Of a stretch of 64,000 nt of DNA, positions 52,392 through 64,000 are shown one piece after another. How positions within the stretch are numbered: position 1 is the stretch's first letter; each line of letters begins with the position of its first letter. Below the pieces are notes generated by a model. It searched no databases. It saw only the letters and a list, made by a program, of their open reading frames with translations, and was not told the DNA's origin. The position numbers and the translations under genes were made by a program. The stretch covers positions 1-64,000 of the forward strand of contig DF237010.1 in assembly GCA_000708835.1 (NCBI GenBank). The letters run 5' to 3'. The stretch is from Klebsormidium nitens. Lineage: Eukaryota > Plantae > Klebsormidiophyceae.

Positions 52392-55300
52392 TCAAGCGGC
52401 GGGCGTGCGCGGCCGCCCTTGCTCGATGAGGGTTTTGATGCTGGCGGTGGAGTGCACGCCCAGCACGGGCCGCTCCTGCCGCCAGAGTGCCGCTGCCAGC
52501 GTCCACGTGTCCTCGCCAGCGGACGACAGCGAGGGCCTGTCGCAGCGACCGTCGGGGACGCTCCTGCACACGAGCACAAGGGGAAACATAGAGCCGGGCT
52601 GGCAGCGTACCCGCAACAAGATTTTCCTTGATTCTCAAAAAGGCTGGTTCTGTTTCGTGTCTCGACTGGCTGCATACTGCGAAACCGACAGCGCTGGGAA
52701 TTCCTCGACGGTTCAGCGAGACCCTGAGAAGGACGAAAATGTTGTTTTTGCTTTTATCGAGTCTTCGTCATTTTTAGTACTTCTGGTTGTGCGCATCTAA
52801 CACAAAGAGAGATCTGACTTGGATCAGGCGCGCGAACAGTGCTGATGTCGACAGGTCATCAAAGGATTTGTGCGCCACTACTACTACTTACCAGCTGCCT
52901 TTTGCGATGGAAGCCTCGACTCTGTGTTTGATGCTGATCTCAAAAAGACTGCGTGTCTGTTCGGTACGATGGGAAACGCTTTCCGGGCGAACCCGCGGGC
53001 TTGGTAACCTGCACATAAGAGTCAATCAAGCAGAGTAAGCAGAAAGCTCGGTCAGTCTGTATTGTATCCTGGGAGTCAAATCATCCTTGCCGCTTACAAT
53101 ACGACACCACACAAGCTTCAATGCAAGACAGAGGTGTATTTAACGTTAGCCGAAGTCTGACCATTGTCTGCCCTTCAAAATCGAACATCAATTTGTGAGT
53201 TGGAAAAGAATCTGAAAGGGCTGAAAGTATGGTCCCTCTATTCGGGGTGCCCATCTCTCACGTGCTGCTCGCGGGCTGATTTTCACTCTTGTCCACGTCA
53301 TTTTCAGGCGGTACTTCTGGCCGCTCTTCCGCTTCGGAAGCCTCCAGTTCCACTCTTTCGATTGACTTCCTCAGGTCGCCGTCCGCTTTTTCGCAGAAAC
53401 TGCGTTCAAAAAGCGTCGCGCTTCAGTTTCAGTACGCCTCGTTCGGTTCAAACCCGCTCCCTGATGATACTTGGAAGGCGAAGCCCACGAAGTCCTCGAA
53501 CAAACGCATCAACCTTGAAGCAAAACGGTTCCGGCACGCTGCCCCACCGCTTCCAGGTCACGCCACGTCGAATCGCGGTCTCACCTCGAGAAGTCTAGCC
53601 CAAGAACAAAGTCTAGCAAGCGGTCCGCCTCTTCCGCATCCAACGCGTCAACCTGCGACAAGCACTCCCCCATCAGGCGGGTGAAAAAGCCGGTCTAAAC
53701 AGAGGCCAAGATCAGCGCCGTGCCTTTCTTTGTCTCCCTGCTTGTCATCAAGAACTTTGCTCACAAGATTTCAGAACCAGATACATCCGAAGCTCATCAA
53801 GATGCCCTGCTGCTGTAAGGCCAACTAAAAGTCCGATGGAGTCGGTGAATAAGCTGGCGTTAAGCCCGGCTATGAGCTGGGCAAACTCACGTCTTCTTCC
53901 GTGAGTGCCCACTTGGGCCGTCTTTTCCAGTCCCCCGCACTTTTGGGGCGAGCACCTTTCCTGCTGTTCAATCCTGAAGCACCGACTTTGTTCTCTTTCT
54001 CTGAACCCAAAGTCTCTTGTGAATCCGAATCCTTTTCTCCTCGTCTCCTCCGGAAGGGCCTCTTTGGCGTCGCTCCTTTGCCCTCCCCAGCGGAGCTTGA
54101 CGTGCTTGCCTTTTCTGCTTTCGACGATCCCGAAATGAACTCCCTCCAAACATGGTCAACTTGAACTGTATCTTCTGTCGTCTCCAGTATTGAGACCTCT
54201 CGATGATGGAACGAACACACCGACTGAGCTCGTGCGCTTGCCGCAACCCTTCGACTATATGCATCTGACCCCGCTTCGCCATGATCGACCACGTCGGCAT
54301 TTGCAACTCGTTCGAGAACGCTGTGTGCTCGACCAGGCAAAGACTCCTGCCTCGCTTTCAGCGCGCGCGAGTTTCTGGCCGCTCGCCAAAAGCCCAGATC
54401 ACCCTGGAAGCGGCAGAAAGGAACCTCGTGAGCACCTGGCAAGATCAGCGGGTTCAATCTTGCGCAGTCCTATAGCAGGCCGCATCGCAAAGAGCTCATG
54501 ACGACCGGATTGTTTCGCGTGCGAAGAGGCGGCAATCGACAGGATAGCTTCAAACTAACCTTGCCTTCCCTTATTTTCGTCCTTAGTCGGCTGGAGAAGT
54601 TTGCCACCCCGTCGGTCTTCGGTTCTGCCGCATCCTGATAGGAAGGGAATGCGGTTGTAGTGAGGCACATTCTTTAAGTTGGACTCTTTTTATTCTTGAG
54701 CTGGGTACCTGTTAAGGCCGGAAGCCTTAGCAGATGCTTTGGCATGATGTACTTGTTTCCCCTGAGAAGCTGGCTAACAGTGACCCCCGAAAACAGGACA
54801 AGAGAAGAAGACAATGGGCAGCAAGATGACTTTAAGCCATGTCCGGTCACCTTGCGCTGCTGCTGCAGCTCTCTGTCCCGCGCGGCCAGCCAGCGCCGGT
54901 GCTGCACCAGGGCGGGCAGGGGCAGCGGGTCCCGCGGTAACACCTGCACCACACAGGCCCATCCTCTCAAGCAGGATTACGACCGCGCACCATCTTGCAC
55001 TGCAATCGAAGCTTTCCCTGGCAGCCAGCTAAACCCTTTGAGCTTGTGTTTGGAGTAGCATTATACGGAATTGGTGGATGGAGCGAGCAGCTGCCAGTGA
55101 GCTGTCCAATGAACACAAGAGCCCCCGAGGAAAAGTGCCAGCTTCGTTCCCAAGATTGACACGATGATCATAGTTCGATGCATCATATGTGCGTTTGTCA
55201 AACTTTGGTCTTACGGGCTTTCTCGTTTCCCCGTTCTCACCTTGGCTGGCCCGCTGCTCAGTCCGGCGGGATCGTAGAACACCACGGGCCTGAAGGGCGC

Positions 55301-55474
55301 ACAAACATCGGAGCCCATCGTTTCTTTGTCTGTGCTGCGGCGCGAAATGCTGTGGGGCGATCGGGCATGCCTGCGCGGCTCAGCATTGGTGGGGCGCTCG
55401 CACAGCAGGATCGTCTTCCAATGGCTTGCGCTGCGGGCAGAGAATGACGCAGCCGCAGGCTCTTCTGACGTCAT
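52392..55474 (-). CDS. Uncharacterised protein, about 430 aa, 7 exons
   Basis: Exons 55474-55241, 54943-54851, 54634-54560, 54403-53891, 53652-53585, 53399-53262 and 52563-52392 are all phase-compatible with GT-AG ends. Motif-like segments ALVQHRRWL, RPKWALTEED|VDALDAEEADRLLDFVLGLDF and VLGVHSTASIKTLIE. Confidence 0.75.
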
Positions 55475-56862
55475 GGCCGGGCCACCATTGCCCTGCTGCT
55501 GCAGTCAGTTGCATGTTGTGCACGTGACTGGCACTGGATAACCAGCAAATGGGGTTACAGGAAGCCGTGAGGCGATTGCCTTTGGAGACTAGGATAAAGC
55601 TTCTCGCCCACTGCGTGACGTCGTTTGATGGGGCTCGACTTGGCCGAGCAACACTTCTGGAGGGGACCTGGCTGCTGTTAAACGTGGGCCTCATGAGGCC
55701 TTCTGCACGAGATATTCTCGTTGCAGAGACTGGGGAACTCTACATAGGAGTCTGCTGCACGAGTTTCTCGTTCGATCAGACGTCCGGACAACGTGTATCT
55801 AAGATGAATTCACTTTCTTTAATTTGGGGCGTGCAGATCATCGGATCACGTGAAGATCACCTGACGGGGGGTCTCCATGAATGATTACAGGTCTGTAGTA
55901 GGTAGCACTCAGACTGGCATCGGAGGACGCATTGGGTGATAGTGGTTGGTTTGCACGAGATTTGCATTTGGGACCGGGGTTGATCAGCTATACACGATCT
56001 TCAAGCTGATGAGGATGACATCACAATCAGGGCCAATTAAAATCTCTGACAGGATCTTGTGATGTTGGACAAACTGCCTTAGGTACACAAAGGCCGAAAA
56101 GGCAATGAACGCATATGCCCGGAGTAGCGGTTGTGCAAACGTCCCCTGATCACGCAACCACTGTGAATTCTATCGATCTATGAAGTGGCCCTTAAATAAT
56201 CCGATGACGTTCTTTAAATGTTTCTGTTGATGTTCTGGGGGACGTACAACGTTACAACGTTTCAGGCCCTTTTTAGGGCATTCTTGGTATATGGCCATCA
56301 GACTCGCACCAAAAAAAACAGCAGGTGTTTCGTGTACATAAATACTTCGTAGGTTGTTTTCGTCCATTGTGTCCGGAAGTGCCGAAGGTAGAAAGTTCAC
56401 ACCTGAGTCCGTCGAGGCAGCTAGCCTCGGCCTGCCCGGGCCTATCATAGAAGTTTTAGTCACAGGCTGAGGGAAGGCTTGAGCCTTGGTCAACCGCGAA
56501 CTTCGGAACCCAGCCCCTGATGATCGCGCGCATTTTGGAATGCCTCCGATGACGTCGATGAAATTTTATCGACGGCTGTCTAAAGGACCCATTCTTTCGC
56601 TGCAGGGTAACGGTGCAAAAGGCCGGTAAAGCTACGCTGCTCGTGCATGCATGGGCAGTTCAAACCCGACAAAGAAAACTCACCCTGGGCCTTGGCCCTG
56701 GGTGTTCGCAATTCGCGTGGCAGCATTGAAATCCTGACAAGGTGTTGGGCGGCGCCTGCAAGAACTTGAAGACGGCATCATCATGGTCACGGTGCCAAAC
56801 ACTTTGCTCAAACAGCCGTGTCTTTGAGCCTCGACAGGAGCACTCTCACCTTTGATTCCGGA
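55475..56862. promoter_or_regulatory. Divergent intergenic region between the uncharacterised gene and TTC27
   Basis: ATGs at 55474 (-) and 56863 (+), about 1.4 kb apart. Confidence 0.5.
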
Positions 56863-59800
56863 ATGGCGCCGTCTACCGACTCACTCTTTGAGCTGCGGTT
56901 GCTGCGCACTTCTCTCAGCGGCGCTTCGACCCCGCCCACCACCCCTGATGATGCCAGCCCCCAGGCCCTCCACCTGGCGGACACCCTCCTGAGGCTCATT
57001 GAAGCGGGCCGATATCTCGACGCGCTGCGCAGCTCGGGGGCGCGCTTGGTGTTAGGCCCTTCCATGCTGCCGGGGGCTGACCAGAAGCACGATGACCCAC
57101 AGCATTACTATCAGGGCGTGCGAGAGAAGGCTCAGGAGCTGCGCGAAACGGAGGGGGGACCACTGTTGACGACGGCGGTCGGGGTGGCGGCGTTGTATGC
57201 ATTTGTCCAAGTAAACATCCTGGGTCCACAGGCGCAATTCCCGCCCTTCCCGCTTGCGAGTTCTGCAGCTTCGGAGACCGCACATGGCGACACCGCCGAG
57301 CAAGAAACCTCCGATGATTTTGCTGATTTCGCTGCCAGCATTCAGAGTAGCACCAGTGGGGAGACTGCGGACAGTGCGCAGGCAGGGCCAGGCTTTGATT
57401 GGGACGATTGGGCGCGTCGAGAGTTAGTCATAGACGGCACGGATGTAGTGGGCCGGTACGCCCTCCCTCAGTACCTGCTGCTAGCGCGCATCCTACTAGT
57501 GGAGCCCCACGTTCAGAACCTGGGAGCGTCCCCAACCACAGAGGTTCCACCTCCTCTTCCATCAGGAGAATCGGCCTCTTCTCAAAGCCCCAATTTGCCC
57601 CAAATCACGCTGACTCCGCCTGAGAATAGTAGTGCCCCCCTGAGCGGCTACTGGTGGGCTGCCCGCACTCTGTTGGTAGAGCAGCGCCTGCTGGCGGAGC
57701 ACTCGGCGTCGCTGCGGGGGGCTATCTTCCTCCTGCTGCCGGCTGTGCTGGAAAGCTTTGGAAGCGCACAAGCAGCGCAGCGGAGCATCCCAGCGGGTGA
57801 TGCCTGGAAAGCAGGGGAGGCGGGTGTGGTGGCAGGAGTGGCTTGCTTGGAGGCGGGCTTGGCACAGCATGCCTACAGGCAGACTGATGCAGCGGCGGCG
57901 CTGTTCGAAAGGGCGGCCCGGGAAAGTGGGCTGGAAATTGAGGTCACGGGGGCGCTTGGGTACAGGACGCCACATCAGGTAAGATCTGATCTGCACCACT
58001 TTTTCTGATGATGTTCTCATTCCCGACCTTGTCCCAAGTGTTCGAATTCAATGCGTCTATCCTTTCCAACCCTCAGTGAGAACGTTAACCAGTCTGCTTA
58101 AATATGATTCTAACCTTGTGACGATTGAGTCTTTGAGGCCTCAGTCCAAGAATATCGATTCACCAGTCTTCAATTACTATTGAAACCAGTCGCATAAGAT
58201 GGAAGAGAGTCTGATCAGTACCATCCTGCGAGTGTGACCTTTGCCTCCCCTTCCAGGTGGATGCCAAGGCGCAGATGGTCGTCCGCACAGCTACCACCGG
58301 CCCTGCAGCCACTTACGATTCAGACCCCGACGAACCCACCACTTCGACACCCCCTCCTCCAGAGTCCCTCCTCCCAAAAGACAAGTTTGCCGCCGACACC
58401 GAAGTCTTTATGCAGCCGCGCCTTGTTCCCTCCGCCCAGCCAGATTCGCAGCGCCTCACTTCAATAGCCCAATGCCTGCTGCTAGCGCACTGTTTGGATG
58501 TGCGGAAGCAGAGCCCGAGCGACGAGCTGATAGCGTGGCAGGCGGCGCCCTTTTTGGAGGCGGTGCAAGCGCAGAAAAGGCAGCGACCTGGGGTGCGTGC
58601 CGCGGGAGGGCTGGCGCGCGCCCGCTGGGAGAGGCACCGCGGCAGGACACGCGAGCGGGCCTTCCTCACCATGCAGCAGCTGGTGAGTGGACAGGATTGT
58701 GGGGTATGTTGGTTGGTTTCTAGGTCATGGATCAAAATGGAGATTCGAATTCCTAGGCTGTCGGCCCTCCTCAGCCCAGGAAATGCTCAAGCGTCGAGCC
58801 AAGCTTCAGCGCAGCCAATCAGAACGGAATTGAGGCTCACGAGTCATGTGTGACTTTCCAGCAAGCTCTGGAATTCTTCAACCCACATTTCCGTGGATCG
58901 AGGGAATGTGGGGCCCCGGGGATGCTCTATAATGATTTACCCATCACACATCCTGAGCTCTTTGCCCGGTCACTTCAACCTCCTCGACACACCAGGCAAA
59001 GTCGCACTCCCGCAAGCGCAGCCCCTTACGCTCTCATCCCCTCTAGGTGGACGAGCTGAGCGGCGCCGACATCCCTGCAAACAGTCACCCTGCAACCGCT
59101 GCGTCTCGGCTACGGTACGGGCTGTCGGTGTGGTTCCCGTCGTGGCCCGCCCTGCAGAAGGAGCTGGGCGAGGAGATGGTGCGCAACGGCATGGTGGGCG
59201 CAGCGCTGGACGTCTTCGAGCGGCTGGAGCTGTGGGACAACCTCATCTACTGCCTCAAGTGAGCGCGGCTCGGTGTTGCTGATTGCAGGGGAGCACAAGA
59301 AGGGCTTTCGAAGCATGCAAAAGATCGAATGTCGACGTGTGGAAGTGTTTCGTCGGCTGTTGTTGTCTGAAGCGCACGAGATTCTGCAAATGTCCATAGT
59401 TTTGTGATCCTCTTGTTTTAAGGGGCTCCTGGGCTCAGGACTCTGAGTTGGTATCGGACCTGAGTTGCTTGGGGGCCTTTTACTGCGAATGGATCTTCAG
59501 GTGATCTTTCCCTTTTTTGGATTTCGCGCTCTTTATCACTTGCAAATCCGAAACGAAAAAGCTAGCATCTGACTTCAGACTGGTGCGGCGTACAGGGGCC
59601 TCGGCAAGGTGGCCCAAGCGACCTCTCTGGTGCGGGCGCGGCTGGAGGTGTCGCCCAAAGACCCGCGGCTGTGGTGCAGCCTGGGCGACCTCACTCTCGA
59701 CGACGCGTGCTACACCAAGGCCTGGGAAGTCTCGGCGCACCGCCACGCGCGCGCGCAGCGCTCCCTCGCAAAGTCCGCACAGGTACGCCCAGCGCCACTG

Positions 59801-62070
59801 GCTATATGCATTTGTACTGGTGCACCCTCAGGATTGAGATGGGTCGACAGTGGAATCGCTGAGCAATGGTTTGTAGAGTCTGTCCCTAGCTTATATGCCT
59901 TAGCTTGAGGCCTCTTCCTTTACAAATCTGACGGCATTGGAGTCATCGGAAGTACTTTCTCATGTGATTGTCATCCTGGTCGTATTGGTTTCTGGCAGTA
60001 TTGGTGGAGCGACTGTGTGTCCTTGCGTTAGCTCCTTCTCCCGTTTCGAGCAACTTCGTCCCATCCTAGTTTTCCTCTCAACGGCTCTTTCTTTTCAGGG
60101 CCGGGGCGACTTTGCGGCTGCCATCCGGCACTGGGAGCTCGCCCTGGCCATCAACCCACTCTTCAGCGGGGCTTGGTTCGAGCTCGCCTTCGCCGCGCTG
60201 AAAGAGGGGGACGACAAACGCGCGATCAATGTAAGGAACCGCTTGCCGAATATGAGGACATTGAATCCGACGGCTAAAGGCAGACGTGCTGGCCCGTCAA
60301 GCTTTTACACCTTTTGCAAGGTTTGCCTCTGTAATGCTCAGCTCTTGTTCCGGCTTTCTAGAAAAGGTCCGTGAATGGATGTCGTAGAAAGCGTTCCGCA
60401 GGCCAATCTGGCTAGATGGATGGAACTTGTCAATGTTGACGTGGGCCATAGACGGATGTGTAACAACGCCCACACTTCTTGACGCAGGCGCTGACGCGGA
60501 CGGTGCAGCTGGAGCCGGACAATGGCGAGGCGTGGAACAACATCGGGGCGCTGAATCTCAAGGCGGACAACTTTAAAGAGGCCTACATCGCGCTGCAGGA
60601 AGTGAGCCACACTGCCTGCAAAATTAGTGGACGGTCGCTGAGGCACGGATTGTGATCCGGCGGGGTTCTTCACTGGCTGCCGAGCATTCCGCTTGCGTTT
60701 TGGTTTAGACTCGTGAATTCCAACTTGCCTGTTTAGTGCTCTGGTTGTTTTGTGACCATCTTGTGATGGCACTCTTTCTCTTCCTCTTGGCATTTCGCCG
60801 GTGTCGAACACGACAATCTTCGGGATTAAGGTTTTCGGTTCGGCATCGAACGCCCTCGTGAGTAAATTACTGAGTTCAGTCCTTGTACGAAGCATTTGAC
60901 ACGCGGCAATCCGTGTGCAGGCGGTCAAGTACCGGCACGACCAGTGGCAGTCGTGGGAGAACCTGGGCAAGGCGGCGCTGGGCGTGCGCGCGTACGGGCA
61001 GGCGTGCCGCGCCACCGCCAAGGTGCTCGACCTCTCGCGCGACAAGCGCCTCGACGTCAGCACGCTGCGCCGCCTCGTCGAATGGGTCGAACACAGCCGC
61101 AAAAGTGACGCCAGCGGAGCGGCCCACTCCGCTGGAGCGCCGCCGGAACCAAGTGGGGGAATGGGCCCGGGCTTCAAATCTGGGCCGGTTACCACAACCG
61201 TGGAAGAAGTTTCGAATAGCGTGAACGAGCCGGAAGGGCTGAGCGCTGCTGATGTGGCGGCGGCCGTTCACGCGGCCGCGGATGGGGGCGACGAGGAGGA
61301 GAGCGGCAGCGGAGGGGTGGCGGAAAGCGGGCCGGAAGAGGGGGGGGAACTGGCGTCGGAAAGGGAATTATCAGCGGTTGGAGAACTACTGAAGCGAGCG
61401 GTGGGCAGCGGGGAGGGGGGTGCGGAGGTGTGGGGCCTGCAGGCACGCTTCTTCGAGGCGACGGGTGACGTGGACATGGCCAAGGAGAGCAGGCTCAAGC
61501 AAGTGCGCGCGCTGCAGGTGAGCAGCGCACCCGCGTAGCCGGGCGCGGGGATGCACTCCACATTTGTTGAGCGAGAGTCTGTTTGAAAGCTCGACCTGCG
61601 ATGGAAGGAACTTGGATGCCGACGTTCAGTGACGAACAAGCATCAGCCCAGCCACTTTATAAATGTGATCAAGGTCAGTTTCCCTTCTCGGCCCCTCACC
61701 TACTGAGAAGCGGAGCGTAAAACGCACGAAACATGTTCGAGGAGTGATTGTGATATTCAGGATGTTTGCCTGACTAAATGCTTGCTGTCGTGCTTACTTG
61801 CAGAGCTCCAGCTGGCAGCACGAGGACGCTGGGTTTGAGGCGATGGCTGCGGCGTCCATAGCTCTCGCTGACGTCTACATGGCGTCATCTGCTGCTGCTG
61901 CCGGTCAAGGGGCAGGCCGCGAGAAGCGGGAACTAGGGGCGGCGAGGCTGCAGCTGAGGGGAGTGATCAAGCAGGCGCAGGAACGGTTTAGCGGTACGGC
62001 CAGCTATGCTGCCTTGGAGGGAAGTCTGGCGAAAGTGGAGGAAGCTCTCAAGAACCTCAGCAGTGGATGA
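56863..62070 (+). CDS. TTC27: Tetratricopeptide repeat protein 27 homolog (TTC27/Emw1)
   Basis: LELRLL-type N-terminus; AALYAFVQVNILGP; TGALGYRTPHQ|VDAKAQMV; QCLLLA; AALDVFERLELWDNLIYC; PRLWCSLGD...CYTKAWEVS...ARAQRSLA; WELALAINPL...WF; GEAWNNI; WQSWENL; WGLQARF. Ends ...NLSSG* at 62068-62070. Confidence 0.88.
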
Positions 62071-63206
62071 TGACACTCATTCTATCGAAGGCGTCCTTGC
62101 TCGATCGCTTGCATGCGCACTCGCCTACAAATCTCGTTTCTTGGATGCTTATCGTGTCTCGTAGGGAGCATAAGTGTTCCGGTTTCGGTCCAGTTTGACC
62201 GCAGCTTAGTCTAGCTAGGCGCCGCTGCTTGAAAAATGATCCCACGGTGAATCAAGTCAGCAAACGCGGATGCGAATATATATGATCACGAGATCTGACT
62301 TATGCACCCACATGCTCATGTTCATGGCTTCGCGTGACACGTTCGGGCACCTGGCGTGCGCAGTTGGACGCTCAGTTCAGGTTAGACTCTCGGTTCAACG
62401 AAGATTTGATCAGGCCGCGCGAGAACAATCGGCACGAGCCTGTTTATAATCATCGACTATACACCAATTGAACATGTCAGTGTGCGCCCGGCTGCATGGG
62501 CGGTTTGAGTCCTATGCCAGTGACAATCGCGCGATTGATCTCGTAAGACGGTTCACCATGAGTATCGGCTATTGAGATAGGTACCGGCGTGCCATGCCGA
62601 GTAAAGTCTTCGAAACAGCTTTCTCGCGGTGTTGATGAGCGGGCCAATGTACGACTCCAGATTGTAATTGCCATCTCCAATACAATAGCTAGCGTGAATC
62701 TTGTAAACGATTCAATTCCACTTCAACTTCGTCTAGCATATCCCTAGTCCACAACTCGTTTCGAGCCCTCTGACAACATTAACTATTTTGCAGCACGGTA
62801 GCTCAACTGGATAACTGGATGTTACAAAGTTACCGCAAACTCGATCGAGGTCGAGGCCATAAAGTCTTCAATTTACGGCGTCCGCGAGCGGAAACAAGCC
62901 TCGGCGTCAGAGTTGTCGAGTCAAAAATGAATGATATATAGGCCAACGTTGCACGCCCACTGCTTTGCAAATCCCTAGCCCAGCCCCTGATTGAGCTTCT
63001 CTGAATCGCTCAGCAGAAAGCTGTGTACAGAGAGCATGGTCGTCGAACTACGCCCTCTCTAAAAGGCTGTCATATTGATCAACTGCAAAACGGACCCAGC
63101 CTGATCTCTCCAAGAATGTATCCAAAAGCATTTACGTCTAATCGGCAACACCACACCCCCATCATTCAACAACGTGAGCAGAGCAGCCCCAAATATCTCA
63201 CAATTA

Positions 63207-64000
63207 CTAGTGGTAGCCAATTGGTGCAGGGGACTCCTTGAGATCCTTTCCTTCCGTCTTGATGTTCTGCAGCGACGAGGCAACTGGCGCGTAAGCATTT
63301 GCTGCCCTCGAGTTCCTCGATGAAGCACAAGTAGCACATGCAGACAGGCGGCCAGGCAAACCTCAACCCCCATCAATCGCGGAACTACAATTTGGAACCC
63401 TTCAGCGGGCCCGAAGCACAGCGCACGTGAGAGAAGCAGGCCAGTCTGCCAATCTTCACTACCTAAATCCGAAACCATGCAAAATGGCGGACAAGTGCCA
63501 ATTCTACGTCCAAGTTCGACATTCTCCTTTCTCTCTGTCCGTATCCAATAGGAGAACAGAGTTACTGCAATTCTTAATCGCTTCTCATGTGCTCACCGCG
63601 GCGTAGTGGTTGACGTCCCGGTGGTGCGCCTCGTCGGCCCTGACCGCGAGGACCACGTCGCGCAGCTTGGCATCCTTGGGCAGCCGCCAGTAGTCGATTG
63701 CAATCGCGGGGGCGGCCGTGTTGGCGATCTTGCCGCTGTCAATGGCCTCCAAGTAACTGCGAACGCGAGAGGAAGCTCCTACTTATGGCCGTCGATGGGG
63801 TTTAAAGCCGTAACCAGAGCCCCGCCTTGCGGGTTAAGGAGGTTGTGGAAGAAAGACGTCAACATGGAGTCAAAACGGAAAGACGGCACGCCAATTCAAG
63901 GAAAGTGGAATAGAGGAGAGAGCACAATCAAGTGGAAACTGGGAGGCCTCAAACGGAGTCGCAGGTTACTGGCGACGATGACGGACCTCACAATGTCTCA
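63207..64000 (-). CDS. AOX: Alternative oxidase, last two exons (63756-63597, 63266-63207); 5' part lies beyond the window
   Basis: [53 protein letters not shown]|[19 protein letters not shown]. Contains the di-iron ligand motif [12 protein letters not shown] and the plant AOX C-terminus PAPIGYH. Confidence 0.97.

Noticed and set aside
55549-55884. 111-aa plus-strand ORF in the divergent region
   Set aside because: No recognisable motif, no GC3 bias like the real exons, and no convincing splice chain.
56170-56493. 107-aa minus-strand ORF with KNVIGLFKGHF, faintly like a DDE transposase C-terminal motif
   Set aside because: Similarity is only a few residues, with no catalytic DDE context or TIRs.

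Overview
Eukaryotic nuclear DNA with GC-rich exons, many short GT-AG introns and land-plant-like protein sequences. By inference it is a streptophyte green alga, Klebsormidium-like. I reconstructed 11 spliced protein-coding genes by hand. Six are recognisable: cytosolic lysyl-tRNA synthetase, mitochondrial aspartate aminotransferase, FY/WDR33, NUP160, TTC27 and the 3' end of alternative oxidase. Five are not: an orphan P-loop GTPase, an ankyrin-2xCCCH-RRM-RING protein, an orphan coiled-coil protein, an uncharacterised 7-exon protein, and a secreted protein made only of four bacterial-type single-Cache-like sensor domains. Non-coding features are two clear MITEs (PIF/Harbinger-like with a TAA target-site duplication, Tc1/mariner-like with TA), a fold-back palindrome cluster, four head-to-head gene pairs, and intergenic spacers about 3-fold enriched in 4-bp palindromes. 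I found no tRNA, rRNA or CRISPR array. Most ORFs in the supplied track are antisense or off-frame shadows of GC-rich exons. Exon boundaries come from manual reading and family assignments from remembered motifs; no database searches were run.
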